DNA from: an uncultured Planctomycetaceae bacterium
Lineage (GTDB): Bacteria; Planctomycetota; Planctomycetia; Planctomycetales; Planctomycetaceae
Assembly (NCBI GenBank): GCA_963813715.1
Contig: CAWFAK010000005.1
Coordinates: 1,408,001-1,472,000, forward strand
Reading direction: 5' to 3'
DNA length: 64,000 nt
Shown: positions 42,966-52,800 of the stretch, one piece after another
Position numbering within the stretch: the stretch's first letter is position 1
Layout: every line of letters starts with the position of its first letter
Notes under the pieces: model-generated
The model's input: the letters and a program-made list of their open reading frames with translations, nothing else
What the model was told of the DNA's origin: nothing
Databases searched by the model: none
Translations under genes and position numbers: made by a program

Positions 42966-43259
42966 ATGGTCGAATTGGGCCAAATTCTCCTGCTGGCAGT
43001 CGTTGTGGCCGCGGCGTGGCTCCTGCTGTCGCCCAAGCCCGTCTTCAAAATGCGGGTGGCCCAGGGATCGCTCAAAGTCACGCGGGGGAAAGTGACGTTC
43101 GACCGCCAACAGCAAGCCGCCGAGATCCTCCGACAGTGGCAGATCCGTCGGGGCTGGATCGGCGGCGTTCGGCGCGGCAAAAGCCTCAAGCTCACTTTCT
43201 CCCACAGCGTCCCACCCGGTTGTCGCCAGCAACTGCGGAATTTGTGGACGAACTGCTGA
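42966..43259 (+). CDS. DUF3634-like small membrane protein
   Basis: N-terminal TM segment; LTFSHSVPPGCRQQLRNLW. Confidence 0.7.
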   Translation: MVELGQILLLAVVVAAAWLLLSPKPVFKMRVAQGSLKVTRGKVTFDRQQQAAEILRQWQIRRGWIGGVRRGKSLKLTFSHSVPPGCRQQLRNLWTNC

Positions 43260-43436
43260 GTTCGACCCGAGAGCGTGGGACTGCCTGGCTCCAGCGAATG
43301 TCATCACGATGACGGCGCTGTTGCTGGTCGGACACAGCTCACTCTGATGACATATCCATCAGTCGTTCGATGCCGATAAATCGCATCTCGTCCCGCCTGA
43401 GCGACTTACGCAAAAACGCACTACGCCGCCAGAGAA

Positions 43437-43453
43437 TTGGCATCGCGTTCGCT
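43437..43453 (+). promoter_or_regulatory. putative sigma54 (-24/-12) promoter
   Basis: TTGGCATCGCGTTCGCT has GG-N10-GC spacing, about 100 bp upstream of ATG 43551. Confidence 0.5.
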
Positions 43454-43550
43454 TTTGTCTGAGTCGCGGATCGACAAAAGAAGTCAAAACGATCGATCCA
43501 GCCCTGGCAAGAAAAAACACGTCCTCCCACGAAAAACAAAGGACACAGTC

Positions 43551-43826
43551 ATGATCGCCAAGAAACTGCTGGTCGCCGGAATCGTTGGAACCGCCATGAT
43601 GTTCACCGCCAACGCGAAGACCGCGACGGCCGCCCCGCCGCACGTCCGCGTGGTGGGCCGCCCGGTGGTGGTGGGCGGATATTGGAACCGCCCGTACTAC
43701 TACAGCTATCCGACCGTGTATGTGCCGCCCACGCCGGTCGTGTCGACCGTTTATGATTGCGGCCCATACTGGAACACGGGCGTCTACGTCGGCGCACCGC
43801 GCATCGGAGTCCGCATCGGACGGTAA
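43551..43826 (+). CDS. small secreted Tyr/Pro/Val-rich protein
   Basis: signal peptide MIAKKLLVAGIVGTAMMFTANAKTATA; mature part YWNRPYYYSYPTVYVPP...GVRIGR. Confidence 0.75.
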   Translation: MIAKKLLVAGIVGTAMMFTANAKTATAAPPHVRVVGRPVVVGGYWNRPYYYSYPTVYVPPTPVVSTVYDCGPYWNTGVYVGAPRIGVRIGR

Positions 43827-43980
43827 TTGACCGCGTGCCCGGCTCATCGCCAGATGAGAGACACGTCTGCCGTCTGGCGATGAAATCCGCAGCACGTCAC
43901 CTGGGCCGTTCACGCCCCGCTCGCTCCCTCGATCGAGAGCGGCTGACCCATCGGGCATCTGGGTCTCCATTGCCCGCGGA

Positions 43981-45545
43981 TCAGCCGCTTTCTCCGGTTC
44001 TGGACGAGAGTGAATCGCGCGAGCCGATTCGCAAGAGCAGCCGAGCGAGCGGGGCGACAGGCAGATCGGGTTGAACGATCCGCTCCGCTCGACCGAGTTG
44101 GCGGAGCACGTTTTCCGCTGCCAGGAAGCCGCTCCGCACGGCCCCTTCCATCGTCGAGGGCCAGCCCGTCCGCGTCCAATCGCCGGCCAGTTGCACGTTG
44201 GGCAGCGGCGACTGCTGGGCCGGACGGCAATTCTCCGCTCCCGGCCGCACGGAAAAAACGGCACGGTGCTCCGTGAGCAGCCGCCCGTGCAACAGTTTCG
44301 CCTGTCCCGTCTGCGGAAAAACGTCGACGAGTTCGCGCACCACCTCGGCAATCACGTCTTGCTGGCTGGCCGACGCGATGTTGCGGCTCGCGCTGATGAT
44401 CACCTGGTAGTTGTGGCCGCGCGGCTCGACGGGCGGTGCCGCGGCGGAGAGCTGCACGCCGGCCGCGGCGTCTGCGTGCAGCACGTCTCGATTGAAGATC
44501 CATTGGCTGAGCCGATCGATCAGCACGGCGTGCGGAAGCTCGGCCGGACCGGACGAATTAGGATCGTTGCTCGTTCGCGCTCCGGACGGAATCAGGATCG
44601 GCCGGTCGAACCAGAGGTGGACGCTCGAGATCGGCGCGGTTTCCAGTTCGCGCACGTGGGCAACGTCCGGATGTGCGGCACATTCGGGTGGGAGCAAATC
44701 GAGCACGAGCCAGTGCGGCACGGCCACAACCACGTGGTCCGCCGGGATCGTCTCGCCGGAACGGAGGACGACCCCGGCCGCGCGGCCGTCCGCGATCACC
44801 AGATGAGAAACGCCGGCCTGCAACCGCACGCTGGCCGCACGCTCCGCCAACCAGCTCGTCAGCCTTGCGCCGTAGAGCGTATCGAGGGGCACGGTTGGAA
44901 TCTGGACTTCCCATCCGTGGCGGTTGGCGAGAAACCCGTCGACAAAGACCTTCCGCGCCTGGCGACGTCGATCCGCTCGAGAGTCTCGCTCAACGAGCTG
45001 ACGAGCACGGGCGTCCAAAAGCGATCGATGGCAGCCTGGGTTTGTCGATGCCGAGCCAGCCACGCGGCAAAATGTTCTTCGTGCGAGGGGGCACCGTGCT
45101 TGCCCGGGGCGCGGGCAAGCGCCCGCATTCCGCGGCCGATCGCCAACAGGTCACGCACGGACAAATAACTGGTGTGGGCAAACGCCGTCGCCAGATGCAG
45201 GGGAGCGGGCAGCGCGCCGGCCGCCAACCGGTTGACGACGCGGTCGCGCCCAATGAAATAAAGCGCGCGCTCCGTCCGAAAAAGATCGGAGAGCCCGAGC
45301 GTGCGACAAAAGTGTTGAAAATTGGTGCAACAGCCCAGGCTGACGTGCTGGCAATTGTCGATCTGCGTGCCCGTCGCTTTATCGACGAACGAGCTGGCCC
45401 GACCGCCCAAGCGGGGCCGCGACTCGAGCACCGTCACGCTCACTCCGCGGTCGGCGAGCGTCACCGCGGCCGCTAGGCCGGCCAGACCGCCGCCCACAAT
45501 CACGGTGCGCGGCGCGGCGGACGCGCGGGGGGCCGTCGCAGTCAA
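43981..45545 (-). CDS. hpnE: hydroxysqualene dehydroxylase HpnE (frameshift near 44955)
   Basis: IVGGGLAGL, LGGRASSF, IDNCQHVSLGCC, LAGDWTRTGWPSTMEGAVRSG. Confidence 0.85.
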
Positions 45546-46599
45546 GCGGGCGTCACCACGATTGGCTCGGCGAGCGTCGGCTGTGTCAGGGCGACGCGAT
45601 TGACAAGCGTCGGCGAAAAGCCGGGCGCCTCGACGTGGATTTCATCATCCGCCGCGAACTTCCAATCGCGCGTGCCGAAGCTGAGCCGGCTCGTGCCGAA
45701 AAAGTGCAGATGCACGTCGCCCGGCCGGCGGTGCTGCGGATATTTGAAGTGATGGTCCTCCAGATTGCCGAGCGCGTGACACATGAATTGCTCGCCGCTT
45801 TTCAGTTCGCCGCTGTCGTAGATGGTGCGACCGCCGCGGCGAACCGAACAGCGCAGCGTGATTTCCTGAAAATCCGTGGACGTGTTGAGCGTCGGGCCAA
45901 CGGCACAAGTGCAGCAACTTCGACGGGGCCAGGTGCAGATAGCTGATCTTTTCGGTCGCATGGTCCGACCACTCGTTGCCCAGTGCAAACCCCAGCCGCC
46001 GCGGACGGCCCTGCGGATCGATCACGTAACACCCGACGATTTCCGGCTCTTCGCCCCCGTCGAGGGCAAACGAGGGAATTTCCAGGGCCTGGCGATGGGC
46101 CCGCAGGATGCCGCCATCTCCTTTGTAGAACCATTCCGGCGCTTCGCCACGCGCGCCGGCGGCCGGCTTGCCCCCGGCCAGGCCACGGGCAAACATCCGA
46201 GCCGAATCGGTCGCGGGGATGTCGGTCTGTGTTGCTTGGGCATTGGGCGTGCGGTGCATTTCGTCGCGCGACTGCATGCTTCCCAGATGGCTCAGCCCGG
46301 TTCCGCTCACCAGGACATGATGGGGATCCGGATGGTCCAACGGACAGCAGAGGCGCGGCTGCATTGCCGCCCCCCTCGCTCTGCCAAAGAGCGTCCCATT
46401 CGATGGTCGCGGCACGTCCGGAGTCGATGACCGATCCCACGAACGACTCGAGCGGTTGATCGAGCCGGCAGGCCGCGGCGAAGACCTCGACGAGGTATCG
46501 CAAATCGTGCCGCAAGCTCGTGACGTCGTGCACCGCGTCGCGTTCGAGCACGCCCACGCGGCGGCCGATTCCCGGAATCTCAAACTGAACGAGCTGCAC
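45542..46599 (-). CDS. AraD1/GguC-like FAH-fold protein (frameshifts near 46360 and 45915)
   Basis: SGTGLSHLGS, PEWFYKGDG, DGGEEPEI, GNEWSDH, HHFKY, GDVHLHFFGT. Confidence 0.82.
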
Positions 46600-46708
46600 G
46601 CGGCAATCCCCGACGAGAGGTCACAGACCGAACCGGTGCAGTATAGAGGCCGGCCGGGGAGTGATCTAGAAATCGCACCGCCAAACGGTCTTACGATGTC
46701 GGGAAAAC

Positions 46709-46743
46709 AAAAGACGCTCTCCACGAAATCGGAGAGCGTCTTT
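46709..46743 (-). terminator. intrinsic terminator after peptide gene 1
   Basis: AAAAGACGCTCTCC...GGAGAGCGTCTTT. Confidence 0.8.
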
Positions 46744-46790
46744 CGTACGTCAGGTGAAAAACCAGTCGGGCACAAGCCTGCCCAGCGCAG

Positions 46791-47099
46791 TCAGTGGGCG
46801 GATGCGCTGGCAAAGCCTCCGGTGATCGTGCTGCCGCTGACCCCCACGGTGGCGCTAAAGGCGTGGTGGGCGCCGACTGAAAACGGGCTGCCGATGCTGA
46901 GGATGTTCGTGCCGGTCGAAAAGCTGAACGTGATGGCGATCGATTGGCCGCGAACCTGCATTCCTTCGCGGTCCGGGAGGACCTTCATACCGGCCAGGCC
47001 CATGCGGGACAGGCTCTGTTGGGAAACCTGCCCGTCACCGGCGACTGCCGGCGCAGCCGCGAACGCGAGAACACAAGCCAAGGGAATGAAACGCCTCAT
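46791..47099 (-). CDS. small secreted pro-protein, paralogue 1 (102 aa)
   Basis: MRRFIPLACVLAFAAAPAVA|GDGQVSQQSLSRMGLAGMKVLPDREGMQVRG...GGFASASAH; GGAG RBS. Confidence 0.88.
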   Translation of the reverse strand: MRRFIPLACVLAFAAAPAVAGDGQVSQQSLSRMGLAGMKVLPDREGMQVRGQSIAITFSFSTGTNILSIGSPFSVGAHHAFSATVGVSGSTITGGFASASAH

Positions 47100-47274
47100 G
47101 GCAAATTCTCCGTACAAGTTGGCGAATCACAATCAAACGCGGGAGCCGAGCCGGCTCCGAGAAAGCGTTTGTCTGCATCCATTCGAATTGCCCGCGCCCG
47201 ATCAAGGCACGGGGGCGGCGCCGCTGCTCGCCCTCGTCTTCATGAGAGTGGGCAACCGAACGCGCCGTGCCGGC

Positions 47275-47304
47275 ACTCTAGTAGGCCCTGGGGCCGGCCG
47301 TCAA
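47275..47304 (-). promoter_or_regulatory. putative sigma70 promoter of paralogue 1
   Basis: TTGACG-N18-TAGAGT on the minus strand. Confidence 0.65.
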
Positions 47305-47372
47305 ATGGCGAAGCATTGTTGGATGAGCTGAGCGGTGCTGTCGGACGAAAAAACGTCCGTCCGCACAGGCGC

Positions 47373-47405
47373 AAAAAAACGCCCCGTCCTGTTGAGAACG
47401 AGGCG
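47373..47405 (-). terminator. intrinsic terminator after peptide gene 2
   Basis: minus strand CGCCTCGTTCT-CAAC-AGGACGGGGCG followed by T7. Confidence 0.8.
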
Positions 47406-47500
47406 CCTTTTATGCGGAGAAAACTCGCGACCTTCGGAGAGGTCGCTCGATTTCCGCGAGCCCGGCCGTCAGCTGACCGACCGGACGCGAGAGACCGAAA

Positions 47501-47863
47501 TTACTTGGCCGTCGCGCTCGACGAACCGCCAGCGGCGACGCCGACGACGATGATACCGTGGTTGGTGGCAACGCCGCCGACCGCGAAGCTGACGTTGTTG
47601 CCGCTCGCGCTCTTGCTACCGGCCGCGAAGTAGGTGTTGACCGAAGCGGCGCCGCCGCCGGGAACGCCGAGGAAGGCGATGCTGCCGCCAGCCGCGACGG
47701 CGATCGACAGACCGCGAATCTGCGAACCCTGGGCGTCGGTCATGGTCTGCATGCCCGAGAGACCCATCTTGGCCAAGCTCTGGCTGGAAACGTGACCGTC
47801 GCCGGCCATGGCCGGAGCGGCCGACAGAACGAGAACCGACGCGAGCGAAAGGAGAGTCTTCAT
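47501..47863 (-). CDS. small secreted pro-protein, paralogue 2 (120 aa)
   Basis: MKTLLSLASVLVLSAAPAMA|GDGHVSSQSLAKMGLSGMQTMTDAQGSQIRG...GGSSSATAK. Confidence 0.9.
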   Translation of the reverse strand: MKTLLSLASVLVLSAAPAMAGDGHVSSQSLAKMGLSGMQTMTDAQGSQIRGLSIAVAAGGSIAFLGVPGGGAASVNTYFAAGSKSASGNNVSFAVGGVATNHGIIVVGVAAGGSSSATAK

Positions 47864-47958
47864 TTGCCTGTGCCTCGAGAAAAAGGACAAATTAAGCGCA
47901 CCTTTGCCGGACAAACCCCTGACGTTGAAATGGCCCGTCCAGACAAAACAGAAGCCAC

Positions 47959-47988
47959 AAACTACCCAGCTTTACTTATCGCTGTCAA
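47959..47988 (-). promoter_or_regulatory. putative sigma70 promoter of paralogue 2
   Basis: TTGACA-N18-TAGTTT on the minus strand. Confidence 0.65.
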
Positions 47989-48084
47989 TCATCTAATCGG
48001 AAAAATCGCTACAAAACGACAAAGCTGCATAAGCTGGAGTAGGTAGGCATACTGATTGCTGGTCGGTGGGCGACCACCACTGAT

Positions 48085-48129
48085 AAAAAAAAACACGCCT
48101 CGTCGCAGAATTGCGGCGAAGCGTGTTTT
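48085..48129 (-). terminator. intrinsic terminator after peptide gene 3
   Basis: A9-CACGC...GCGTG hairpin, giving a T-run on the minus strand. Confidence 0.8.
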
Positions 48130-48228
48130 GGTGGGCACAGGCTCGATGCGCCGTGGGAGCCCGTTTTCAGATTCGCTCACGGCGGATCGTTGGTTTGAGT
48201 CGTCAGGTCTCAAACCGTTGAGGCTAAA

Positions 48229-48603
48229 CTACTTAGCGGACGCCTGCGAGGCTCCGCCGGCGACGACGAAGTTGGTCGTCGTCATCACGTGGTTGCCGTA
48301 GGTCTTGACCGTGCCGTCGGCCGCGCCGCTGATGTTCGAACCTTCGGCCGACTTGTGGCCAGCGGCGAAGTAGGTGTTGAACGACGAGGCGCTGCCGCCG
48401 TCGCCGTGGATCGTGGCGATGCTGCCACCGGCAACCACGGCGACCGACAGGCCGCGGACCTGCATGCCCTGGGCGTCGTTCATGTTCTGCAGGCCGGCGA
48501 GGCCCATGTTGGCCAGCGACTTGCTCGAAACGTGACCTTCGCCAGCGAAGGCCGGAACAGCCGAGAGGGCGACGATGGCGGCGATTGCGTACAGGCTCTT
48601 CAT
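48229..48603 (-). CDS. small secreted pro-protein, paralogue 3 (124 aa)
   Basis: MKSLYAIAAIVALSAVPAFA|GEGHVSSKSLANMGLAGLQNMNDAQGMQVRG...GGASQASAK; GGAG RBS. Confidence 0.9.
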   Translation of the reverse strand: MKSLYAIAAIVALSAVPAFAGEGHVSSKSLANMGLAGLQNMNDAQGMQVRGLSVAVVAGGSIATIHGDGGSASSFNTYFAAGHKSAEGSNISGAADGTVKTYGNHVMTTTNFVVAGGASQASAK

Positions 48604-48714
48604 CTCAAACTTCTCCACATTGTTTCAAAAGGGTGCGGAACTGGGATGCACAACAGACTGGATTGATGACTTTGGCTGCAGCGGCTGAGCAACATCCATT
48701 GCTCACATGGTCCC

Positions 48715-48744
48715 ACTCTAAAGCCGGGTGGAGAGCTCGGTCAA
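48715..48744 (-). promoter_or_regulatory. putative sigma70 promoter of paralogue 3
   Basis: TTGACC-N18-TAGAGT on the minus strand. Confidence 0.65.
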
Positions 48745-48958
48745 TTGCCTAGTTTATGTATTTTCTCTATTTTCACATATGCCGCTTGCCAGAGGCGACA
48801 GCATGAGCTACGGCGCATCTGCGCGTTGGTTGCGGGCGGGAAACATCACGAAATGACGCGACGGCGATCCAGCGCAAGTGCCTTTCAGAACGCCGATTAG
48901 CGTGACGATTACCGCCGAGGGAAGCAGTCCCGAGATAGGGGACGGCCTCACTCCGGGG

Positions 48959-49819
48959 TCAGCGCGCGTGCTGTCGGAAGAAGGCCCAAAGCAACTCGTT
49001 GGCCGATATTCCGGTCGCGGACGGGCCGAGATAGGTCCCCGAGGGGATTCGACCCGGCCACGTGTGTCCGCCGCCGTGGATCGTGTAAAGAACGACCTCG
49101 CTCGCGGAGTCTCCTGGCCCCCAGACGCTCTTTTCCACGGGAAAGCCGCCAGTTTCCTCGGCCCCGATCGTGGATTCCTGGGGCCTTTCCGGGCAGCCGT
49201 TGGCCGCCACCCACCAACGCACCGAGTCGGCGGCGGAGCGAAAGACGATCGTCGTCAGGCTTTTGGGGCCGAGACCACCCGCATAGGGGGTGAATTCGTC
49301 GGCCGTGCCGTGAAAGTGCAGGATCGACACCGGCCGCGTCAGTCGGCAGCCGTCCGTTCCCATCGGCCCGGCAATCGAGGCAATCGCCGCAATTCGTTCG
49401 GAGAGCTCCAACGCCAATCGATAGGCGAGCATTCCCCCGTTCGACATACCGGTCGCAAACACGCGGTTGGGGTCGATTTCCGCCAGGCCCGCCAGATCAT
49501 CCAGGAGGGCCGCCACGAAGCCCACGTCGTCGACGTTGTCGCGCAGCGCGTCGCCGCAGCAGTTGCCGGCATTCCACGTGAGCAGGTTCGGATTGCGGCC
49601 CGTGCCGCTGGGGTAGACGGCCAGAAACCCATATCGGTCGGCCGTCTCGTTCAGACCGCAGAACCGGGCCATCGTCCTGGCGTTGGTGGCGCCGCCATGA
49701 AAGACCAGCACGACGGGGACAGGTTGGGCGGGGTCGAAGCTGGGGGGAACGTGGATCAGGTACGTCCGTGTGCGCTCGCCGCAGGGGAGCGAGCATCGAT
49801 GGTCGCCGGGTGAAAGCAT
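48959..49819 (-). CDS. PHB depolymerase / LpqC-like alpha/beta esterase
   Basis: VLVFHGG, WNAGNCC, DDVGF, GMSNGG, HGTAD, GGGHTWPG. Confidence 0.88.
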   Translation of the reverse strand: MLSPGDHRCSLPCGERTRTYLIHVPPSFDPAQPVPVVLVFHGGATNARTMARFCGLNETADRYGFLAVYPSGTGRNPNLLTWNAGNCCGDALRDNVDDVGFVAALLDDLAGLAEIDPNRVFATGMSNGGMLAYRLALELSERIAAIASIAGPMGTDGCRLTRPVSILHFHGTADEFTPYAGGLGPKSLTTIVFRSAADSVRWWVAANGCPERPQESTIGAEETGGFPVEKSVWGPGDSASEVVLYTIHGGGHTWPGRIPSGTYLGPSATGISANELLWAFFRQHAR

Positions 49820-49828
49820 GGGGCGGGC

Positions 49829-51403
49829 TTACTGAACGACCTTGACGGCCGTCACGTCGTGGCCGTCGGCACTGCCCACGAAGTGGATGGCGACCCGCGA
49901 TTTTGCGTTCTGGTCGTAGATCCAGACTTCGCTCACCCGCCCGGATGCCACCACGCGGGTTCGCGAATCGGGGGCGCCAATCATTTTGCGGATCTGCTCC
50001 CGCGTCATGCCCGTGTAACGACCGGCTTCGGCTGCCTTCTGCACAGGGTCGGCCGGTAGCGCGGCTGCCTGGGCGGCCGTGAGCCATTGGCCGTTGACCC
50101 GCTTGTATCCGAGTCGTTCGAGCTGTCCGCCAACCTCCTTCATCTCCGGGGCGATCTTCGCCGCCTGCAGCAGGAGCCGGGCGGCCGACTCGTTGTCGTC
50201 CAGCAGCGACTGATATTCGTGGGCCGCCTGCACCAGGTCGCTGGGCCGCCCCTCCTTGGTCAAGCGGTCCTCCTTGACCTTCACCCAAGCACGTTTCGCG
50301 GCCGACGCTTTTTCCGGCTGCCCGCGGCGCTGGAACTGATCCGCCAGATTCAACAGCTCGTCCCGAGTGAGATGGGCCACATCCGCGAGCCGCTCGTCGA
50401 GCGCCCCGCCGCGGAGCGCTTCGGCATGGAGGTGCTGTTCCGGGATTTCGCGGTCGATGCGATCGGCCAGCTGCATCGGATCGCGATTGCGCTCCTTGGC
50501 CCACAATTCGAGATACGCCGAACGGACGTCGATCCAAAGCATGCGGTTGAGTAACAGCCGTTCATTCGCGGGCGCATTGCGATAAGTGGCAATCGGGTCG
50601 TGGGACCAGCGGTCGCGCAACGCCTCCTCCGGTCCGGTCAGCGGAACTTTGCAACCGCCGAGATTGTCATTGACGCGATTGGAAAGCGCTTCGAGATCTG
50701 CTGCCGTCGAATGTGCGCCGCGGAGCGACTGCCAGCGGCGGGTCAAAGACTCCTGCACGAACTGGACTCGCTCGTCTTCCGGTTGTCCGTATTGCGGATA
50801 TTTCTTGGCCAGAGCGAGGCGGCCGTCGAGATCATCCGCCGGCAGCAGCTTCTCTTCCCGGCGCAGCGCCTCGGCGTAGAGCCCCTGCGACTCGCGGGCC
50901 AGGGCCTCGTCGCCGTAGAAAGCGCCCCGAGCCGCCGCCCACTTTCCCAGCGCGTACCACTCCGCGGCGGGGGAGTTGATCAGCGAGTCTTTCCGCTCGC
51001 GCAGCGAATCTTCGTCCGAGGGGAGCGTGCGGAATTGCCGCACCACGAAGACCGGGCTCGCGGAGCGCATCTCGAAATGGCCGAACACTTCAAGATTGCG
51101 GCTATGGACGCTGCTGGTCTCGATGGGGAAGTGCTCGTCCTCCTTGTACCAGACAAAGTTGAGGTCCTGGCAGTTCAAAAACCGCAGCAGCGTGGGGGAG
51201 AAGACCGAATATCGTCCCTCAACCTTCATCGAGGCGCCGCTTTGGGCGTACGCCGTCCACAGCCCTTTCCTCTTGGCATTCATCAGCTCGGCGATCGAGA
51301 CGGCGTCGGCCCCGCGCACCGCGGACCCGCGCGAAAGCAGGCAGGCGGCTACGACCAGCACCCACCAGCAACGCGCGAAGCGAGATTGCGTTCTGAGGGT
51401 CAT
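49829..51403 (-). CDS. secreted hypothetical helical protein
   Basis: signal peptide; LGYKRVNGQW motif; C-terminal GMTREQIRKMIGAPD...EVWIY (SmpA/BamE-like pattern). Confidence 0.75.
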   Translation of the reverse strand: MTLRTQSRFARCWWVLVVAACLLSRGSAVRGADAVSIAELMNAKRKGLWTAYAQSGASMKVEGRYSVFSPTLLRFLNCQDLNFVWYKEDEHFPIETSSVHSRNLEVFGHFEMRSASPVFVVRQFRTLPSDEDSLRERKDSLINSPAAEWYALGKWAAARGAFYGDEALARESQGLYAEALRREEKLLPADDLDGRLALAKKYPQYGQPEDERVQFVQESLTRRWQSLRGAHSTAADLEALSNRVNDNLGGCKVPLTGPEEALRDRWSHDPIATYRNAPANERLLLNRMLWIDVRSAYLELWAKERNRDPMQLADRIDREIPEQHLHAEALRGGALDERLADVAHLTRDELLNLADQFQRRGQPEKASAAKRAWVKVKEDRLTKEGRPSDLVQAAHEYQSLLDDNESAARLLLQAAKIAPEMKEVGGQLERLGYKRVNGQWLTAAQAAALPADPVQKAAEAGRYTGMTREQIRKMIGAPDSRTRVVASGRVSEVWIYDQNAKSRVAIHFVGSADGHDVTAVKVVQ

Positions 51404-52605
51404 GGTTTGACCCCTACGATTTCGGCCTGCTCCGCCAAAAGATGCGCCGTGTCGTCGTCGGTGCGGAGCGCGTCAGTACCGAGGCCCAGGGCCCGATACG
51501 TCTCGGCGCCCGCCCAGAGGAAGGCGGTCGAATCCTTGAGTCGCAGCACCCAGACCTTGCTTTTGGTCCCCTCTGCAGCAAATGAAACAAGTTGGCCGGA
51601 AAAAATCACGTGCTGCGGACCGGCGACGGCCGACGGCGGCGCGAGCACCTTGAGCCTGGCGTCCAAGATCACCGGCGCCCCGTCAATCGGGAACGGATAG
51701 CGGATGACTGGCTGCGTGACTCCGTCCGGCCCCGCATCCGAGACGACGTCGGCGTCGACGATGATCCAAGTTCCGGCATAGTCGCGGGCAAACTTCTCGC
51801 TCCATTGCGTGTCGCCGGCGGCCACGGCCGCGCGGGCCTCGTCGCACAGTTCGTACAGCGAAAGCGGCGCGAGATGGGCCATCGCGGTCAGCTCTTTGGC
51901 TTTCTGGCGTACGGCCTGCGACTCGGAATCGTCTCGGCCCAGAATGTCGACGGCCGCGGAGGCCTGTTGATATTCGGAGGCCGCCTCGGCGAATCTCTTG
52001 TCGCGGAAGGCCGCCTCGCCGGCCTCCAGATGGTCGTGCAGGGTCAGGGCGGCATTTTCTTTGACGTGCGAGTGCCAAATCAGATAGCCGGTCAGCAGAA
52101 CGACGCCGACGATCGCGCAGCCGACGATGCGGACGGGCGAGAACGTCGACCCCCGGAGGGTCGGCAGGCTCTCGGCGGATTCAATGCGAATCTCGCTGGA
52201 GGAGCCGGTTCCCACGGCAACCGCGGGGGGAGCCGACCTCGCCCCGGAAGACGGAGCCGGCTGCTGGGCAATTTCGGGCGCGGACCCGCCGGCGGCAAGA
52301 TGTCGACGTGCGGGACTGGCCGGAACGCCGCTCGGCAAGGCGGTGGGGTGCGGAGGGACGGCGTCGCGGCGGATCTCGGGAGCCGATTTGGGCGTCGCCT
52401 TCTTTTTCGGTTTGGGTCTGGGATAGACGTCCCGTGGCAGCACGAAGACATAGCTGCCGCACCGGTTGCACCGCACGACCTGAAAAGTGGGCAGACGCAT
52501 CCCGGACATGCGATGCGTGCAGCGGCAGGCGACTTCGTAGGGCTCGGGCTCGGGAGGCGGGCTGCGTCGCAGCGCCTCGGTCGCCTTGGCCAGCCAATTG
52601 ACCAT
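51400..52605 (-). CDS. Zn-ribbon + Pro-rich linker + TM hypothetical protein
   Basis: CRCT...CNRCG; single TM segment; ATGA-type overlap with the next gene. Confidence 0.75.
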   Translation of the reverse strand: MVNWLAKATEALRRSPPPEPEPYEVACRCTHRMSGMRLPTFQVVRCNRCGSYVFVLPRDVYPRPKPKKKATPKSAPEIRRDAVPPHPTALPSGVPASPARRHLAAGGSAPEIAQQPAPSSGARSAPPAVAVGTGSSSEIRIESAESLPTLRGSTFSPVRIVGCAIVGVVLLTGYLIWHSHVKENAALTLHDHLEAGEAAFRDKRFAEAASEYQQASAAVDILGRDDSESQAVRQKAKELTAMAHLAPLSLYELCDEARAAVAAGDTQWSEKFARDYAGTWIIVDADVVSDAGPDGVTQPVIRYPFPIDGAPVILDARLKVLAPPSAVAGPQHVIFSGQLVSFAAEGTKSKVWVLRLKDSTAFLWAGAETYRALGLGTDALRTDDDTAHLLAEQAEIVGVKP

Positions 52606-52800
52606 GAGAATCCTTGCCGTCCGGTCGGAGCTCAACGGCTCGACGGGATGATCACCTTTGCAGCGGCGAGCCTGTATGGCTCGACCGGGGCACTTTGATT
52701 ATTCAACTTGCGCAAAAGGCGGTCAACGTCCTTACGCGTGGAAGGCGCCCCTTGACCTTATCTTCGTCTCAAGGCGATTTGCGTCTGCCTGGATCCCGCA

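Noticed and set aside
46791..49819. Classical RiPP biosynthetic cluster around the three peptides
   Set aside because: No YcaO, LanM/B/C, radical SAM or peptidase-ABC gene is adjacent, and the precursors carry Sec signals; the flanking esterase and FAH-fold genes have no evident link
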